Position numbers and translations under genes: made by a program | Assembly (NCBI GenBank): GCA_045290365.1 | Contig: CP145882.1 | Span: forward strand, 492,189 to 556,188 | DNA length: 64,000 bases | Direction of reading: 5' to 3' | DNA from: Candidatus Dasytiphilus stammeri | GTDB taxonomy: Bacteria; Pseudomonadota; Gammaproteobacteria; Enterobacterales; Enterobacteriaceae | The notes under the pieces: model-generated | Seen by the model: only the letters and a program-made list of their open reading frames with translations | What the model was told of the DNA's origin: nothing | The model's database searches: none | Shown here: positions 41,946 through 54,308 of the stretch, piece by piece | Layout of the letters: each line of letters starts with the position of its first letter | How positions within the stretch are numbered: position 1 is the stretch's first letter

Positions 41946-43918
41946 ATATTTATGGATGTCTAAAGAATTTAAATGATAAACAATATGAAGCAGTTACTGC
42001 TCCCCGGAGGAATTTATTAATACTGGCAGGAGCAGGTAGTGGAAAAACTATGGTTTTAGTAAATCGAATAGCTTGGTTATTACAGTTTGAACATTGCTCA
42101 CCATTTTCTATCATGGCAGTTACCTTCAATAAAAAAGCTGCGTTAGAAATATTACAACGTACTGAACAACTGATAGGAATGAGACCTACAGATATCTGGA
42201 TTGGCACTTTTCACAATATCGCACATAGATTATTGCGTACTCATTATTTAGAGGCTAATTTAGCATCAGATTTTCAAATTATTGATAAACAAGATCAATT
42301 ATGCTTACTAAAGCGATTAATTAAAATAATGAATTTAGATGAAAAAAAATGGTCAGCATTACAAGCAATGTGGTATATAAATAATCAAAAAGATAAAGGC
42401 GTACGACCTCAGTACATTCAAAGCTTCAATAATTCTATTGAACAAACCTGGCGAAATATTTATCATTTTTATCAAGAAACTTGTGAGCGATCTAGACTAG
42501 TAGATTTTCCTGAATTGTTGTTGCGTGCTCATGAACTTTGGTTAAATCATCCATTTATTCTAAATCATTATAGTAAACGCTTCACGAATATTTTAGTTGA
42601 TGAATTTCAGGATACCAATACTATTCAGTATGCTTGGATTCGTTTATTAGCAAATAATAAAAGCAGTACGATTATTGTTGGTGATGATGATCAATCCATT
42701 TATGGTTGGCGTGGGGCTAAAGTAGATAATATTAAGCACTTTTTAACTGATTTTAGTAACGTAAAGATGATTCGGCTAGAACAAAATTATCGTTCTACAA
42801 ATAATATTTTAAAAGCGGCTAATGTACTAATTTCTAAAAACTCTGGGCGTTTAGGAAAGCAACTTTGGACTAATTATAGTAATGGAGAATTAATTACGGT
42901 TTATTGTGCTTTGAATGAGTTAGATGAAGCTCGTTTTGTAGTGAATAGTATTCAGGCCTGGCAGAAAAATGGAGGAAAACTTAGGAACTGCGCCATTCTT
43001 TATCGCAGCAATGCTCAATCAAGGATAATTGAAGAAATTTTACTACAATTTAGTATTCCCTATTATATTTATGGAGGAGTGCGTTTTTTTGAAAGAATGG
43101 AAATTAAAAACGCGTTAGCATATCTTCGGCTAATTGTTAATCGGAATGATGATGCCGCTTTTGAACGCATAATTAATACTCCAGCAAGAGGCATTGGAGC
43201 TATTACTATGAAGTTATTACGGCATATTTCAAAAAATCGTCAGGTCACACTCTGGTATGCAGGTGATCTTTTATTAAAAGAAAAACTCTTAGCTAATCGT
43301 ACTGCCTTAGCTTTAAAAAAGTTTATGCAACTTATAGATGAAATGGAAGAAGATATTGAAGGATTATCTCTATATTTACAAATTGATCGAGTGATTAGAA
43401 GTTCTGGTCTATGGGAACTATACAAAAAAGATCAAAATGAACCATTTCAAACACGTGTAGATAATCTTAAAGAACTGGTAAATGCCGCGCGACCAGATAA
43501 AATCTTGAATACGACTGAAACTGAATATGAAAATTCTTTACGACCATTACAAATGTTTCTTTCTCATATAGTACTAGATGCAAGTCACGGAGAAAAATTT
43601 GATGTTGTAGAAGATGCAGTACAATTAATGTCAATGCATGCTGCTAAGGGGCTGGAGTTTCATCAAGTATTTATAGTTGGAATGGAAGAAGGAATTTTTC
43701 CGAGTTCAATGTCAATTAAGGACCAATTAATGATTGAAGAAGAGCGTCGTTTAGCTTATGTTGCTATTACAAGAGCTATGCAAAAATTAACCTTAACATG
43801 GGCAGAAAACCGTCATTTTTATGGTAAAAATAGGTATCATCAACCATCACGTTTTATTAAGGAGTTACCTAAAACATGCATTAATGAAATCCGGGCGGGT
43901 CTTTATAAGAGAAGATAA
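41927..43918 (+). CDS. uvrD: DNA helicase II (UvrD), C-terminal tail shorter than in E. coli
   Basis: It carries [58 protein letters not shown] and VTRAM. At 663 aa it is about 57 aa shorter than E. coli UvrD. It overlaps the dapF 3' end by 19 nt. Confidence 0.9.
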   Translation: MYQKTINIYGCLKNLNDKQYEAVTAPRRNLLILAGAGSGKTMVLVNRIAWLLQFEHCSPFSIMAVTFNKKAALEILQRTEQLIGMRPTDIWIGTFHNIAHRLLRTHYLEANLASDFQIIDKQDQLCLLKRLIKIMNLDEKKWSALQAMWYINNQKDKGVRPQYIQSFNNSIEQTWRNIYHFYQETCERSRLVDFPELLLRAHELWLNHPFILNHYSKRFTNILVDEFQDTNTIQYAWIRLLANNKSSTIIVGDDDQSIYGWRGAKVDNIKHFLTDFSNVKMIRLEQNYRSTNNILKAANVLISKNSGRLGKQLWTNYSNGELITVYCALNELDEARFVVNSIQAWQKNGGKLRNCAILYRSNAQSRIIEEILLQFSIPYYIYGGVRFFERMEIKNALAYLRLIVNRNDDAAFERIINTPARGIGAITMKLLRHISKNRQVTLWYAGDLLLKEKLLANRTALALKKFMQLIDEMEEDIEGLSLYLQIDRVIRSSGLWELYKKDQNEPFQTRVDNLKELVNAARPDKILNTTETEYENSLRPLQMFLSHIVLDASHGEKFDVVEDAVQLMSMHAAKGLEFHQVFIVGMEEGIFPSSMSIKDQLMIEEERRLAYVAITRAMQKLTLTWAENRHFYGKNRYHQPSRFIKELPKTCINEIRAGLYKRR

Positions 43919-44084
43919 CCTTCTTTCTAGCCCAGAATAATTTAAATTGATTAATAGATGATTGTAATTGAAAACCTGGCATTGTTCTTAAATGTTTAAA
44001 AATTAATAACTAAAATTATAGAGAGTGTTTTACTTAATTTACTACTCTATTTGCACCCCATATTAAAGCATTGAGAATTTCTGT

Positions 44085-45035
44085 ATGTTGCACGCATATA
44101 AACTAATTGAAAATCGTTTAACACGGCTTGAGTTGGATGAAGGTGATGATTTAGCAGATTCTATTTGGGTAGATTTAATGGAACCAGAATTTAAGGAACG
44201 TGAAAAAATTCATAAAATTCTTGGTCAGAGTTTAGCTACTAGCCCCGAGCTAGAAGATATAGAAGCTTCAGCACGTTTTTTTGAAGATGAAGATGGATTA
44301 CACATCCATTCTTTCTTTTTTTATGAAGATGTTGATGATCATGCAGGGAATGTTACCGTAGCTTTTACTATTCGTGATGGTAGATTATATACCCTACGCG
44401 AAAAGGAGTTACCTGCTTTTAGACTTTACCGTATGCGTGCTCGTAGTCAGATCTTACTATCTGGTAATGCTTTTGAGTTAATGTTAGATCTGTTTGAAAC
44501 TAAAATAGAACAATTAGCTGACGAAATTGAAACTATTTATAGTGATTTAGAAAAGTTGAGTCGTGTAATTATGGAAGGATCTCGTGATGATCAATGTGAT
44601 GAAGCATTGTCAATGTTATCAGAATTGGAAGATATAGTATGGAAAGTTCGTTTATGCTTAATGGATACACAAAGAGCATTAAATTTCTTAATACGTAAAA
44701 CGCGTCTTCCTCTTAAACAATTAGAACAAGCCCGTGAAATCATACGTGATATTGAGTCTCTATTACCACATAATGAATCCTTACTTCAAAAGGTTAATTT
44801 TTTAATGCAAGCGGCCATGGGTTTTATTAATATTGAACAGAACCGAATAATAAAAATATTTTCAGTAGTTTCGGTTATATTTTTACCCCCTACATTAGTA
44901 GCTTCTAGTTATGGTATGAATTTTGAGGTAATGCCAGAACTTCAATGGAGTTTAGGTTATCCAGCCGCAATTCTTCTCATGATTTTAACGGGTGCTGCTC
45001 CATATGCATATTTTAAATATAGAAAATGGCTCTAA
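44085..45035 (+). CDS. corA: Magnesium/cobalt transporter CorA
   Basis: The 316-aa ORF has the YGMNF motif followed by two C-terminal TM helices. The N-terminal region aligns with E. coli CorA. Confidence 0.95.
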   Translation: MLHAYKLIENRLTRLELDEGDDLADSIWVDLMEPEFKEREKIHKILGQSLATSPELEDIEASARFFEDEDGLHIHSFFFYEDVDDHAGNVTVAFTIRDGRLYTLREKELPAFRLYRMRARSQILLSGNAFELMLDLFETKIEQLADEIETIYSDLEKLSRVIMEGSRDDQCDEALSMLSELEDIVWKVRLCLMDTQRALNFLIRKTRLPLKQLEQAREIIRDIESLLPHNESLLQKVNFLMQAAMGFINIEQNRIIKIFSVVSVIFLPPTLVASSYGMNFEVMPELQWSLGYPAAILLMILTGAAPYAYFKYRKWL

Positions 45036-45131
45036 TTTATTAAAAATCAGGATATTATACCTATGTTGTTTAAGTTTACTGAAGAATATATTAGGCCACC
45101 TCTTTGAGTTGAGGTATTGGAAATGAGTAGT

Positions 45132-45953
45132 ATGTACCATATTGTAGTTTCCGATTTAGATGGCACTTTACTGTCAGCCGATCATAGAATTATGCCTTAT
45201 ACTAGGAAAATTCTTAAATTATTAACCGTACAGGGAATACATGTTATTTTAGCTACTGGACGACATCATGTTGATGTCTCAAAAATCCGAGATAATATTG
45301 GTATTAAAGCCTATATTATTACTTCTAATGGTGCACGTGTGCATAATACCGCTGGTAAACTAGTTTTGAGTCATAATCTAGATGAAGATATTGCATATAC
45401 TTTATATGGTATGTTTTTTTCAGATCCTGATATATTAACTCATGTTTACCGAAATGATAATTGGTATCTAAGTCGTTATTCTAGAATAGAAAAGGAATTT
45501 TTTATAGAATCAATGTTCACCGGTAAGTCGTTTCAACCAAATTTATTAGGTACTGATGGTGTTAGTAAGATTTTTTTTACTTGCAATAAGGTAAAGAAAC
45601 TTTTATTAATTGAGAAAATTATTCTTGCCAGATGGGGTAAGAGGGTAAATACAACTTTCTCTTGTCCCACTTGTCTAGAAGTTATGGCTGGTGGTGTATC
45701 TAAAGGCTATGCATTAAAAGATGTAATCCATTATATAGGTTCTTCTATTAAAAAATGTATTTCGTTTGGTGATGGTTTGAATGATAAAGAAATGTTATCG
45801 ATAACTGGTAAAGGATGCATTATGCAAAATGCGCATCAGCAACTTAAAGATAGTTTGCCATATTTAGAAATTATTGGCTCGAATATAGAAGAAGCAGTCC
45901 CACGTTATTTATGTAAAATATATTCTATAAGAAATATGAATTTACCAAATTAA
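45132..45953 (+). CDS. yigL: Cof-type HAD phosphatase (YigL-like sugar/pyridoxal phosphatase)
   Basis: MYHIVVSDLDGTLLSADH...ATGRHHVDV...GDGLNDKEML aligns with E. coli YigL, beginning at its first residue. The track start at 45117 (TTG) is an upstream extension. Confidence 0.85.
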   Translation: MYHIVVSDLDGTLLSADHRIMPYTRKILKLLTVQGIHVILATGRHHVDVSKIRDNIGIKAYIITSNGARVHNTAGKLVLSHNLDEDIAYTLYGMFFSDPDILTHVYRNDNWYLSRYSRIEKEFFIESMFTGKSFQPNLLGTDGVSKIFFTCNKVKKLLLIEKIILARWGKRVNTTFSCPTCLEVMAGGVSKGYALKDVIHYIGSSIKKCISFGDGLNDKEMLSITGKGCIMQNAHQQLKDSLPYLEIIGSNIEEAVPRYLCKIYSIRNMNLPN

Positions 45954-45979
45954 TAATTAAGGCTTTTTTTATATTTTAG

Positions 45980-46021
45980 AATTTATCTCTATGATTTTTA
46001 CTAAAATCATAGAGATAAATT
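45980..46021. repeat. 19-bp perfect inverted repeat (4-nt loop) 25 nt upstream of the metE start
   Basis: The arm aatttatctctatgatttt (45980-45998) pairs exactly with 46003-46021. Confidence 0.9.
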
Positions 46022-46046
46022 TGTATAGAGGTCTTAGAAGAAAACC

Positions 46047-48335
46047 ATGAAAATTAAGAATCATATTCTAGGATTCCCACGTGTAGGATTGTATAGGGAA
46101 TTAAAAAAAGCGCAAGAAAAATACTGGGTGAATGCTAGTACAAAGCAAGAATTAATTAATCTGGGGCGCCATCTCCGCAAGAAACATTGGCAACAACAGA
46201 AGGAAGCTGGTATAGATTTATTACCAGTAGGTGATTTTGCTTGGTACGATCATGTATTAACCACCAGTTTATTATTAGGGAATGTTCCCGTAAGGCATAA
46301 AAATCCAGATGGATTGATTGATATAGAGACGCTTTTTAGGATTGCTCGTGGAGTAGCACCTACTGGTCAAGTTACCACCGCGTCTGAAATGACAAAATGG
46401 TTTAATACTAATTACCATTATATTGTACCGGAATTTATTAAAGGACAGCAATTCAAACTAAGTTGGATGCAGCTATTTGATGAAATAGATGAAGCTTTAT
46501 GCTTAGGTCATAAAGTAAAACCAGTGTTAATTGGACCTTTGACCTATTTATGGTTAGGTAAAGTTAAAGGTGAAGATTTTAATCGTCTTACATTACTCCA
46601 AGATCTGTTACCAGTTTATAATAAAGTACTCTTAGAATTGAAAAAACGAAAGATTACATGGGTACAAATTGATGAACCTATTCTAACCTTAGAATTACCC
46701 ACTACCTGGTTAGCTGCTTTTAAACATACTTATGAATTTTTATATGGAAAATTACAACTAATTTTAACTACCTATTTTGATAGTATTAATCATAATTTAG
46801 AGAGCATTCGAGCACTTCCAGTACAAGGATTACATATTGATTTAGCTTGTGGAAAATACGATTTATTAAAAATCAGTAAAGATATACCGGAAGAATGGGT
46901 ACTTTCACTTGGTATAGTTAATGGTCGTAATGTATGGCGAACTGATCTGATATTTTGGTATGATCGATTACAGCCGATAATTGGAAAACACGATCTTTGG
47001 ATAGGTAGTTCATGTTCTCTACTTCACAGTCCAATGGATCTCAATATTGAAACTGGTCTAGATGAAGAAGTAAAAAGCTGGTTAGCTTTTGCTTTGCAAA
47101 AATGTCATGAAATATCGATTTTGAGTCTTGCATTAAATAATCAGGATAAAAAAATATTAGAATCTTGGAGTCAATCGATCCGTAATAGATACCATTCGTC
47201 ACATGTACAGAATGCGAGAATAAGTCATAAAATTTCCAAAATTACTGCCGAAGATAGCAAGCGAAAAAGTAATTATGTTAAACGTGCTAAAGCACAAAAA
47301 AATCGTCTTCAATTACCACTTTGGCCAACCACTACTATAGGTTCGTTTCCTCAAACAGAGGAAATCCGCTGCCTACGTCGTGATTTTAAAAACCGGAAAA
47401 TAGATAGTAAATCCTATAATGCTGGTATTGCAGAACATATTAAAAAAGTTATTTCTGAGCAAGAAAGATTAGAACTAGATGTTCTCGTTCATGGTGAAGC
47501 TGAACGTAATGATATGGTGGAATATTTTGGTGAAAATCTCATGGGATTTGTTATTACTGATCATGCTTGGGTACAGAGTTATGGTTCACGTTGCGTAAAA
47601 CCTCCTATTATAATTGGTGATATAAGTAGAAAATATCCAATAACATTAAAATGGACCAAATATGCACAATCTCTAACCAAAAAACCTGTAAAGGGTATGT
47701 TAACTGGTCCAGTGACTATGTTATGTTGGTCATTTGTACGTGAGGATATTTCTAGGGTTACTATTGCTAAACAAATAGCCTTAGCACTGCGGGAAGAAGT
47801 GAAAGATTTAGAAAATGCCGGAATTAGTATTATTCAAATTGATGAGCCGGCTCTAAGAGAGGGATTACCATTACGCTCTTCTGAATGGAAAGCTTATTTA
47901 AATTGGGCCGTGGAAGCTTTTAGCTTAAGTTCATCTGGAGTTAGTGATGATACACAAATTCACACACATATGTGTTATGGCGAATTTAGTGATATAATGC
48001 CAGCTATTATAGGATTAGATGCAGATGTTATTACTATTGAAACCGCCAGATCAGATTCCGAATTACTGAAATTATTTGAAAAATTTGATTATCCTAATTC
48101 AATTGGTCCTGGTGTCTATGACATTCACTCACCAAATATACCCACTATAGAGCATATAGAATTATTATTACGTAAAGCTGCATCTTTTATTCCATTTGAG
48201 CGCTTGTGGGTGAATCCAGATTGTGGTTTAAAAACTCGCAATTGGACAGAAACTCTTATGGCATTACACCATATGGTACAAGCCGCTAAAAAATTGCGGA
48301 GATCTACTACTATTTCTAGTTCTGAAAAATGTTAA
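46047..48335 (+). CDS. metE: Cobalamin-independent methionine synthase
   Basis: The 762-aa ORF contains [10 protein letters not shown] and TTIGSFPQT. The C-terminal Zn-site region carries HMCYGEF and NPDCGLKTR. Confidence 0.97.
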   Translation: MKIKNHILGFPRVGLYRELKKAQEKYWVNASTKQELINLGRHLRKKHWQQQKEAGIDLLPVGDFAWYDHVLTTSLLLGNVPVRHKNPDGLIDIETLFRIARGVAPTGQVTTASEMTKWFNTNYHYIVPEFIKGQQFKLSWMQLFDEIDEALCLGHKVKPVLIGPLTYLWLGKVKGEDFNRLTLLQDLLPVYNKVLLELKKRKITWVQIDEPILTLELPTTWLAAFKHTYEFLYGKLQLILTTYFDSINHNLESIRALPVQGLHIDLACGKYDLLKISKDIPEEWVLSLGIVNGRNVWRTDLIFWYDRLQPIIGKHDLWIGSSCSLLHSPMDLNIETGLDEEVKSWLAFALQKCHEISILSLALNNQDKKILESWSQSIRNRYHSSHVQNARISHKISKITAEDSKRKSNYVKRAKAQKNRLQLPLWPTTTIGSFPQTEEIRCLRRDFKNRKIDSKSYNAGIAEHIKKVISEQERLELDVLVHGEAERNDMVEYFGENLMGFVITDHAWVQSYGSRCVKPPIIIGDISRKYPITLKWTKYAQSLTKKPVKGMLTGPVTMLCWSFVREDISRVTIAKQIALALREEVKDLENAGISIIQIDEPALREGLPLRSSEWKAYLNWAVEAFSLSSSGVSDDTQIHTHMCYGEFSDIMPAIIGLDADVITIETARSDSELLKLFEKFDYPNSIGPGVYDIHSPNIPTIEHIELLLRKAASFIPFERLWVNPDCGLKTRNWTETLMALHHMVQAAKKLRRSTTISSSEKC

Positions 48336-48372
48336 TATGTAACGGTACCTTTCATTATTAAAATCATGAGAT

Positions 48373-49068
48373 ATGAAAAGATTAAAGTGCACAGTAGTAT
48401 CTATAGATCATATTATTAATAATGTATTTAAAGTTCATTTATTGCCGTCTGACGATTTTTCTTTCCGTGCCGGTCAATATTTAAGATTAGTGATAGATGA
48501 AAAAGACCAACGTTATTTTTCGGTTGCTTCTACACCTATGGAAAAAAATATAATTGAATTACATATTAGAGCTTCTAAATCAAATACTAATGCTATGAAA
48601 CTTCTGGAGTGGATTCATATCACACCAGAAGTAATCATTGAGATCCCTTATGGTAATGCCTGGTTACGAGAAGATACTAATAGACCTCTGATTTTAATTG
48701 CCGGTGGTACTGGTTTTGCATATGCACGTTCAATTTTATTTACTGTACTCTTGCGACAACCTGAGCGACTCATTTCGCTTTATTGGAGTGGTCGTAAATT
48801 AGCACATCTTTATGCACTAGAAGAATTAAAGCTGCTAGCCTGTAAATATACCAACTTAAAGGTAATCCCCATTATAGTTTATGATTATTTTCATGGATCT
48901 CATCGTACCGTATTAAATACGGTAGTCAGAGATTATTGTAATTTAAGTTCTCAAGATATCTATCTTGCTGGTAATTTTGAAATGGCTAAAAGTGCTAGGG
49001 AGATCTTCTGTAAGATGCGTGGTGCGATAGTATCGCGAATTTTTGGTGATGCTTTTACTTTTATATAG
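48373..49068 (+). CDS. fre: NAD(P)H-flavin reductase
   Basis: It carries [32 protein letters not shown] and the C-terminus FGDAFTFI, all matching E. coli Fre. Confidence 0.92.
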   Translation: MKRLKCTVVSIDHIINNVFKVHLLPSDDFSFRAGQYLRLVIDEKDQRYFSVASTPMEKNIIELHIRASKSNTNAMKLLEWIHITPEVIIEIPYGNAWLREDTNRPLILIAGGTGFAYARSILFTVLLRQPERLISLYWSGRKLAHLYALEELKLLACKYTNLKVIPIIVYDYFHGSHRTVLNTVVRDYCNLSSQDIYLAGNFEMAKSAREIFCKMRGAIVSRIFGDAFTFI

Positions 49069-49097
49069 TAAAAATTATTAAATGGAGCAGGCGAAAA

Positions 49098-49973
49098 ATG
49101 CCGCCGATTAAAGTCCATCAGGATTTACCTGCTATTAAAATTTTGCGTAATGAGAATATTTATCTCATCACTACCAAATGTACATATACATCAGAAATGC
49201 GCTTTTTAAAGATATTATTATTAAATCTGATGCCTAAAAAGATAGAAACTGAAAATCAATTTTTGCGATTACTATCGAATACATCATTAATGATTGAAAT
49301 CACCTTACTTAGAATTGATAACCATGATTCACATCATACCCCAAGAGAACATTTGAATAAATTTTATGGTAATTTTGAAGATATTGAAGGTAAAAATTTT
49401 GATGGAATGATTATAACTGGAGCACCACTAGGCTTAATAAATTTCAAAGATGTAAGATACTGGCCACAACTAGAATTAGTAATTAATTGGGCCAAAAAGC
49501 ATGTGAAATCAACACTGTTTGTTTGCTGGGCAGTACAAGCCGCTTTGAATATCTTATATAGGCTCCCAAGACAGACCAGACCCACAAAATTATCAGGGAT
49601 TTTTTTACACCAAACATTACAATCTCATGCCTGGTTAACTAGAGGATTTGACGATAATTTTTTAGCACCTCATTCGCGTTATGCCGCTTTTCCCGGTAAA
49701 TTAATTAGTCAAATTTCTGAATTAGATTTTTTTGCTACTTCCGCTGAAGCTGGAGCTTATCTTTTTGCTAGTAAAGACAAGCGCTTTGTATTCGTAACTG
49801 GTCATCCAGAATATGATTCTTCTACATTAGCTAACGAATATCTACGTGATTATCAAGCAGGATTAAGACCCAGAATCCCTGCTAATTATAATACAGAATT
49901 AGTACCTAAAGTAAGTTGGCGGAGTCATAGTTACCTACTTTTTTTAAATTGGATAAACCATTATGTAAGCTAG
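49098..49973 (+). CDS. metA: Homoserine O-succinyltransferase
   Basis: It carries [34 protein letters not shown] (the active-site Cys) and GHPEYD. It is about 17 aa shorter at the C-terminus than E. coli MetA. Confidence 0.94.
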   Translation: MPPIKVHQDLPAIKILRNENIYLITTKCTYTSEMRFLKILLLNLMPKKIETENQFLRLLSNTSLMIEITLLRIDNHDSHHTPREHLNKFYGNFEDIEGKNFDGMIITGAPLGLINFKDVRYWPQLELVINWAKKHVKSTLFVCWAVQAALNILYRLPRQTRPTKLSGIFLHQTLQSHAWLTRGFDDNFLAPHSRYAAFPGKLISQISELDFFATSAEAGAYLFASKDKRFVFVTGHPEYDSSTLANEYLRDYQAGLRPRIPANYNTELVPKVSWRSHSYLLFLNWINHYVS

Positions 49974-52357
49974 GTAGTTTCCAGAGTAATTCTTACTTCC
50001 TTAGCCAATAAGGAAGCAAGAAAACTATAAATTTTTTTGATTGGTTTTACTTTTAATTGACCTATATGATTAATATATCCTTCATTACGAAGTGTTACTA
50101 AAAAATGATTAAAATTTTTTTTATTAAATAAATCTGGGATATTAATTCCATGGCGTCTGGATAAGATATTTGCCAAAGTGCGACTCTGTATTTCTAATCT
50201 TTGTCTAGAAATCGATAAATTGATACTTAAAATATAAAAAATCACCGCATATTTCTGTATAGTTTCATGCCCGGCGGCTGCTAATAATTGCAAATGATAT
50301 ATTTTAGATGGACATGAACATACATGTAATGTATTATTATTTACTATCAAAAATCCTTGTCTAGCTAATTCTAATGTAAGTGCCTCTATTAAATATGGTA
50401 GAGCTATGCTATCCCAATGTAGAAATAATTCTTTTTTTAGTAGAGGAAAAATTATTTTGACTTTACTTAGTAGTTCAGTGCGTGAGAGATTAAAATCTCT
50501 AGTTACTATCGCCGCAATAATAGCTGGCAATACTATCATATGATATATATTATTACGATAATAGGTCATAATCATAGCCTTATTAGCTCGGATACTCAGC
50601 CGATCTTGTTTGTGATTTTCTAATAGATCTATTTTAATAATTAATGAATTCATTTTAATAAATTTTTCAATTATCTCTATGGAAGATAGAGACGGTATTT
50701 TACTTTCCGGTGCATAAGGTACATTACGTAATAATTGCAGATAACAATCTAATTGCTCAGTAAGTTGGTGGCGAGTTAATGAATATTGATGTGCTGCTAA
50801 TAAAACTGTACAACATAAATTCATAGTGGTTATTGCCGCCGCATTATTAATGCGTGTCATTATACAACTCGCTATATCATTAACTACAGGCATTAACCAA
50901 GATGGTCGGTTTTTTTCAGATCCGACAGTCTGACGCCAATAAGGAATATGCTGGTTTAAATAAGGAATTATAGATAATGGTTTACCAAAGTTAACATAGC
51001 TTTGACCAAATGTTCTTAATTTCTTGAATATTCGTAATATTTGTATAATACTTTCTTTTTCTTTGCGAGCCCCATTTAATTCATTCACATAAGTAGAGAC
51101 TTCCATTATATGATTATAACCAATATATATTGGTATTAGAGTAATTTGAAGATTAGGATTACGTAAAACAGTTTGAATTGTCATAGCAAGGGTTCCTGTT
51201 TTAGGAAATCGTAATTTTCCGGTTCTCGAACGACCTCCTTCGATAAAATATTCTATTGAATATCCATTAGATAATAGTTCTTCAAAATATTCTTTAAAAA
51301 CTACAGAATATATTTTTTGTCCTTTGAAGGTTCGATGTATAAAGAATGCACCAAGTCTTCTAAAAATTGTTCCCGCGGGCCAAAAATTCAGATTTATTCC
51401 CGCGGCAATATGAGGTGGAACTAATCCTTGATGATAAATTACATATGAAAGTAATAAGTAATCCATATGACTTCGATGACATGGAAGATAAACAATACCA
51501 TGTCTACGATGGGCTAGTTGACGCACTAATTGAATACCACTAACTGTGATATTATGATCAAGTAATTTCCATAAATAACTTAGAATGCGATCAGCAATTC
51601 GTATGGCTTCATATGAAAAATTAGCAGCAATTCCATTAAAAATAGTTATTATATTAAGTTGGACTTGTTTCTTAGAAATGTTTTTAAAACGAGCTTCTTT
51701 TTCTATGACTTTGATAATTGCTTTAGAGTGTAGTAATTTATTCAAAATATCATGTGGTGCTGGTAAGTTTTGCCCAACGCTAGCAAAACGTTGACGAGTA
51801 AAATATATTCTTGCTAATTTATTTAGTTTTGTTGCAAGAGATTTATCTGTACCGTGTTTTTGTACTATATAATGAAGAGAAACTTTAGGAGAAAATTGTA
51901 TAAAAACATCCCGTCCTAGCAAAATCATCGCCAATATTTTTTTTATATAGTTCAATTTAAGATTCGTTGGATTGGCTCTCCTACGATCTGATGCACCTCC
52001 ATATATTACTGATACAGGTATAATTTGCATATCAATATTAGGAGATCTTAGATACAAATCTATATATTCCTGGAATAACTTGACAGATTTTTTCAATGGA
52101 TGAAGAAAGATATAACGTGGTAATACTATTCCATTAATATTTAAAGATAGTAATGGATCTGGAAGAAGATTTTTACCACATTGTTTACGTAAGATAAATA
52201 GATCAGTAATGGATAAATCAGGTAATAAATAGATTATAGGACTTGCCGTATTAAAATCCAATTCTTTAAGAGGGTCGCTAGGAATAGTATTTATACTCAC
52301 TAATAAATTAACTATTAAATTCCAAAAACTATTATAAATAGAACGCCAGAAGATCAT
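49970..52357 (-). CDS. plsB: Glycerol-3-phosphate acyltransferase
   Basis: The 795-aa ORF has the acyltransferase motif I ([12 protein letters not shown]) and [11 protein letters not shown]. Its stop codon overlaps the metA stop (CTAG). Confidence 0.94.
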   Translation of the reverse strand: MIFWRSIYNSFWNLIVNLLVSINTIPSDPLKELDFNTASPIIYLLPDLSITDLFILRKQCGKNLLPDPLLSLNINGIVLPRYIFLHPLKKSVKLFQEYIDLYLRSPNIDMQIIPVSVIYGGASDRRRANPTNLKLNYIKKILAMILLGRDVFIQFSPKVSLHYIVQKHGTDKSLATKLNKLARIYFTRQRFASVGQNLPAPHDILNKLLHSKAIIKVIEKEARFKNISKKQVQLNIITIFNGIAANFSYEAIRIADRILSYLWKLLDHNITVSGIQLVRQLAHRRHGIVYLPCHRSHMDYLLLSYVIYHQGLVPPHIAAGINLNFWPAGTIFRRLGAFFIHRTFKGQKIYSVVFKEYFEELLSNGYSIEYFIEGGRSRTGKLRFPKTGTLAMTIQTVLRNPNLQITLIPIYIGYNHIMEVSTYVNELNGARKEKESIIQILRIFKKLRTFGQSYVNFGKPLSIIPYLNQHIPYWRQTVGSEKNRPSWLMPVVNDIASCIMTRINNAAAITTMNLCCTVLLAAHQYSLTRHQLTEQLDCYLQLLRNVPYAPESKIPSLSSIEIIEKFIKMNSLIIKIDLLENHKQDRLSIRANKAMIMTYYRNNIYHMIVLPAIIAAIVTRDFNLSRTELLSKVKIIFPLLKKELFLHWDSIALPYLIEALTLELARQGFLIVNNNTLHVCSCPSKIYHLQLLAAAGHETIQKYAVIFYILSINLSISRQRLEIQSRTLANILSRRHGINIPDLFNKKNFNHFLVTLRNEGYINHIGQLKVKPIKKIYSFLASLLAKEVRITLETT

Positions 52358-52410
52358 ATCTTATAGAGACTTGAGATTTAAGCAAGAATAATAATTAAAT
52401 TATAGCTCAA

Positions 52411-53367
52411 TTAAAGTATTGCTATATTGCTAAGTAGATTATTTTTTATGGTAGTTCCATTTATGAAAAAACTGCGTGTATAGTCTCTTAGCCATTTATG
52501 GGCTGGAGAATTATCATTTCTTGGATGCCAAGCTTGTACTACACTAACTCCTGGAAGGCAAATTTCAGGTTCAAAAGCCGCAATTTCTATTTTTAATCTC
52601 TCTAAAGTCCTAAAAAACAATCCTGGGACAACCGCCAGAGAATCAGTATATCTAACCGATTCAATGGTAGAAAAATAACTAGGACTAATTCCAATAATTT
52701 TTCTTTGATAACCATTAGCCATAAAAGCATTATCAATATCGGTATTTAATTTTCCTCTTGTACTTATAAAATTATAATTAATTATGTTATCTAATGTTTT
52801 ACTTTTTTTAAATACTTCATGTTCTCTATGAGCAATCATTAAGCATTTTTCACGATAGATAGTTCTAATTTTTACTTCAGGACTTAACTCACGTGGTTCA
52901 CCAATATATAAATCTACATTTTCTTTACGTAAAAAATCATCTGGAACATTATCATATTTGAATTCAATCATAATATTAGGTCGATCTTTCTTGAATTGAT
53001 TAAGAAAATTACAACTAAGCATTGACATTAAAAGATCATTAGAAGCAATAGTGAATAATAGAGTTTTTTCACCTATATCAAAATTAACATTTTGATTGAA
53101 TATACTTTGTATATTCTTAATAAGATTTTTTATTTGTGGCTTTAACTGTACAGCTAAAGGTGTTAGCATCAATTGAGATCCAGAACGTACTAAAATTTGG
53201 TCCTGAAAAGTATCTCTAATTTTATTTAATGATTTACTAATGGCTGGCGGTGTTACATTTAATTTCTTAGCGGTTTTACTCACACTACATTCTTCAAGTA
53301 ACATATCCAATACTCTCAATAAATTTAAATCGGTGCGATGCACAATATAACCCTCCATAGTCATCAA
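52411..53367 (-). CDS. LysR-family transcriptional regulator (YidZ/LeuO-like)
   Basis: The N-terminal wHTH sequence DLNLLRVLDMLLEECSVSKTAKKLNVTPPAISKSLNKIR resembles E. coli YidZ (..SVTKAAKRINVTPSAVSKSLAKLR). The C-terminus has WH.RN...P...WLR. Confidence 0.75.
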   Translation of the reverse strand: MMTMEGYIVHRTDLNLLRVLDMLLEECSVSKTAKKLNVTPPAISKSLNKIRDTFQDQILVRSGSQLMLTPLAVQLKPQIKNLIKNIQSIFNQNVNFDIGEKTLLFTIASNDLLMSMLSCNFLNQFKKDRPNIMIEFKYDNVPDDFLRKENVDLYIGEPRELSPEVKIRTIYREKCLMIAHREHEVFKKSKTLDNIINYNFISTRGKLNTDIDNAFMANGYQRKIIGISPSYFSTIESVRYTDSLAVVPGLFFRTLERLKIEIAAFEPEICLPGVSVVQAWHPRNDNSPAHKWLRDYTRSFFINGTTIKNNLLSNIAIL

Positions 53368-53561
53368 ATAATCAATAAACTACAGGAAACATGAAATTAA
53401 CAGTTTTTTTATTAAAAGTAATTAATAATCTATCTTTTAAAAAGATTAGGTGGTTGCGCATAAAATTCCATTGCTAATAATTGATTATTGAATATGCTCT
53501 ATTATTTGAGAGACCAGATTTAATCTGTTTTTTAAATTTTTAGTAATTGGTTGGATTTGAT

Positions 53562-54266
53562 TTATAATAACGAATGTAAAGTAAGATGTACCATATCATT
53601 GAATGAATTTTGTCGTTCTTCTGGAGTAAGTTCTTCAGAAGAACCCACATGATCTGATACCGTACAAATAGTTAATGCTTTCACATGATATTCTGCTGCT
53701 ATACCATATAGTCCTGCAGCTTCCATTTCAACACCTAGAATACCATATTTTTCCATTAATTCGTAAATATTATTATCTATAGGATAAAATAAATCTGTAG
53801 TAAATAAATTTCCTACATATACAGTAATACCTAAAGTCTGAGCTGCATTAACAGCATTACATACCAAATTAAAATCCGCGATCGCTGAAAAATCATATCC
53901 GTGAAATTTGTTTCGATTTACTTGAGAATCAGTACATGCTCCTAAGCCAATAATAATTTCGCGAAGCTTAATTTCTGGAAGTACCGCTCCACAAGATCCA
54001 AGGCGAATAAAGGTTTTTACTCCATAAAATTTAATTAATTCTTTACTATAAATATAACAAGATGGGATTCCTATTCCATGTCCCATTACTGATATCAACC
54101 GATTTTTATAAATCCCCGTGTATCCTAACATCCCACGTATATTAGTTATTTCCCAAGATTCGTCAAGAAAATTTTCAGCAATATGTTTTGCACGTAGAGG
54201 ATCTCCTGACATGAGCACAATGTCTGCAAAATCTCCTGGATTAGCATTAATATGTGGTGTAGTCAT
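53562..54266 (-). CDS. deoD: Purine nucleoside phosphorylase
   Basis: It carries [35 protein letters not shown] and VEMEAAGLY. Confidence 0.96.
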   Translation of the reverse strand: MTTPHINANPGDFADIVLMSGDPLRAKHIAENFLDESWEITNIRGMLGYTGIYKNRLISVMGHGIGIPSCYIYSKELIKFYGVKTFIRLGSCGAVLPEIKLREIIIGLGACTDSQVNRNKFHGYDFSAIADFNLVCNAVNAAQTLGITVYVGNLFTTDLFYPIDNNIYELMEKYGILGVEMEAAGLYGIAAEYHVKALTICTVSDHVGSSEELTPEERQNSFNDMVHLTLHSLL

Positions 54267-54308
54267 TAAGATTTCCTTAGATTCATATACCTATTGATAA
54301 TTAGCTAT

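Noticed and set aside
53449-53480. A dif-like half site, GGTTGCGCATAA, matching 10/11 of the XerC arm GGTGCGCATAA.
   Set aside because: The sequence beyond the 6-nt centre (ATTGCTAATAA) does not resemble the conserved XerD arm TTATGTTAAAT. xerC also appears to be lost, so this is most likely a chance match.
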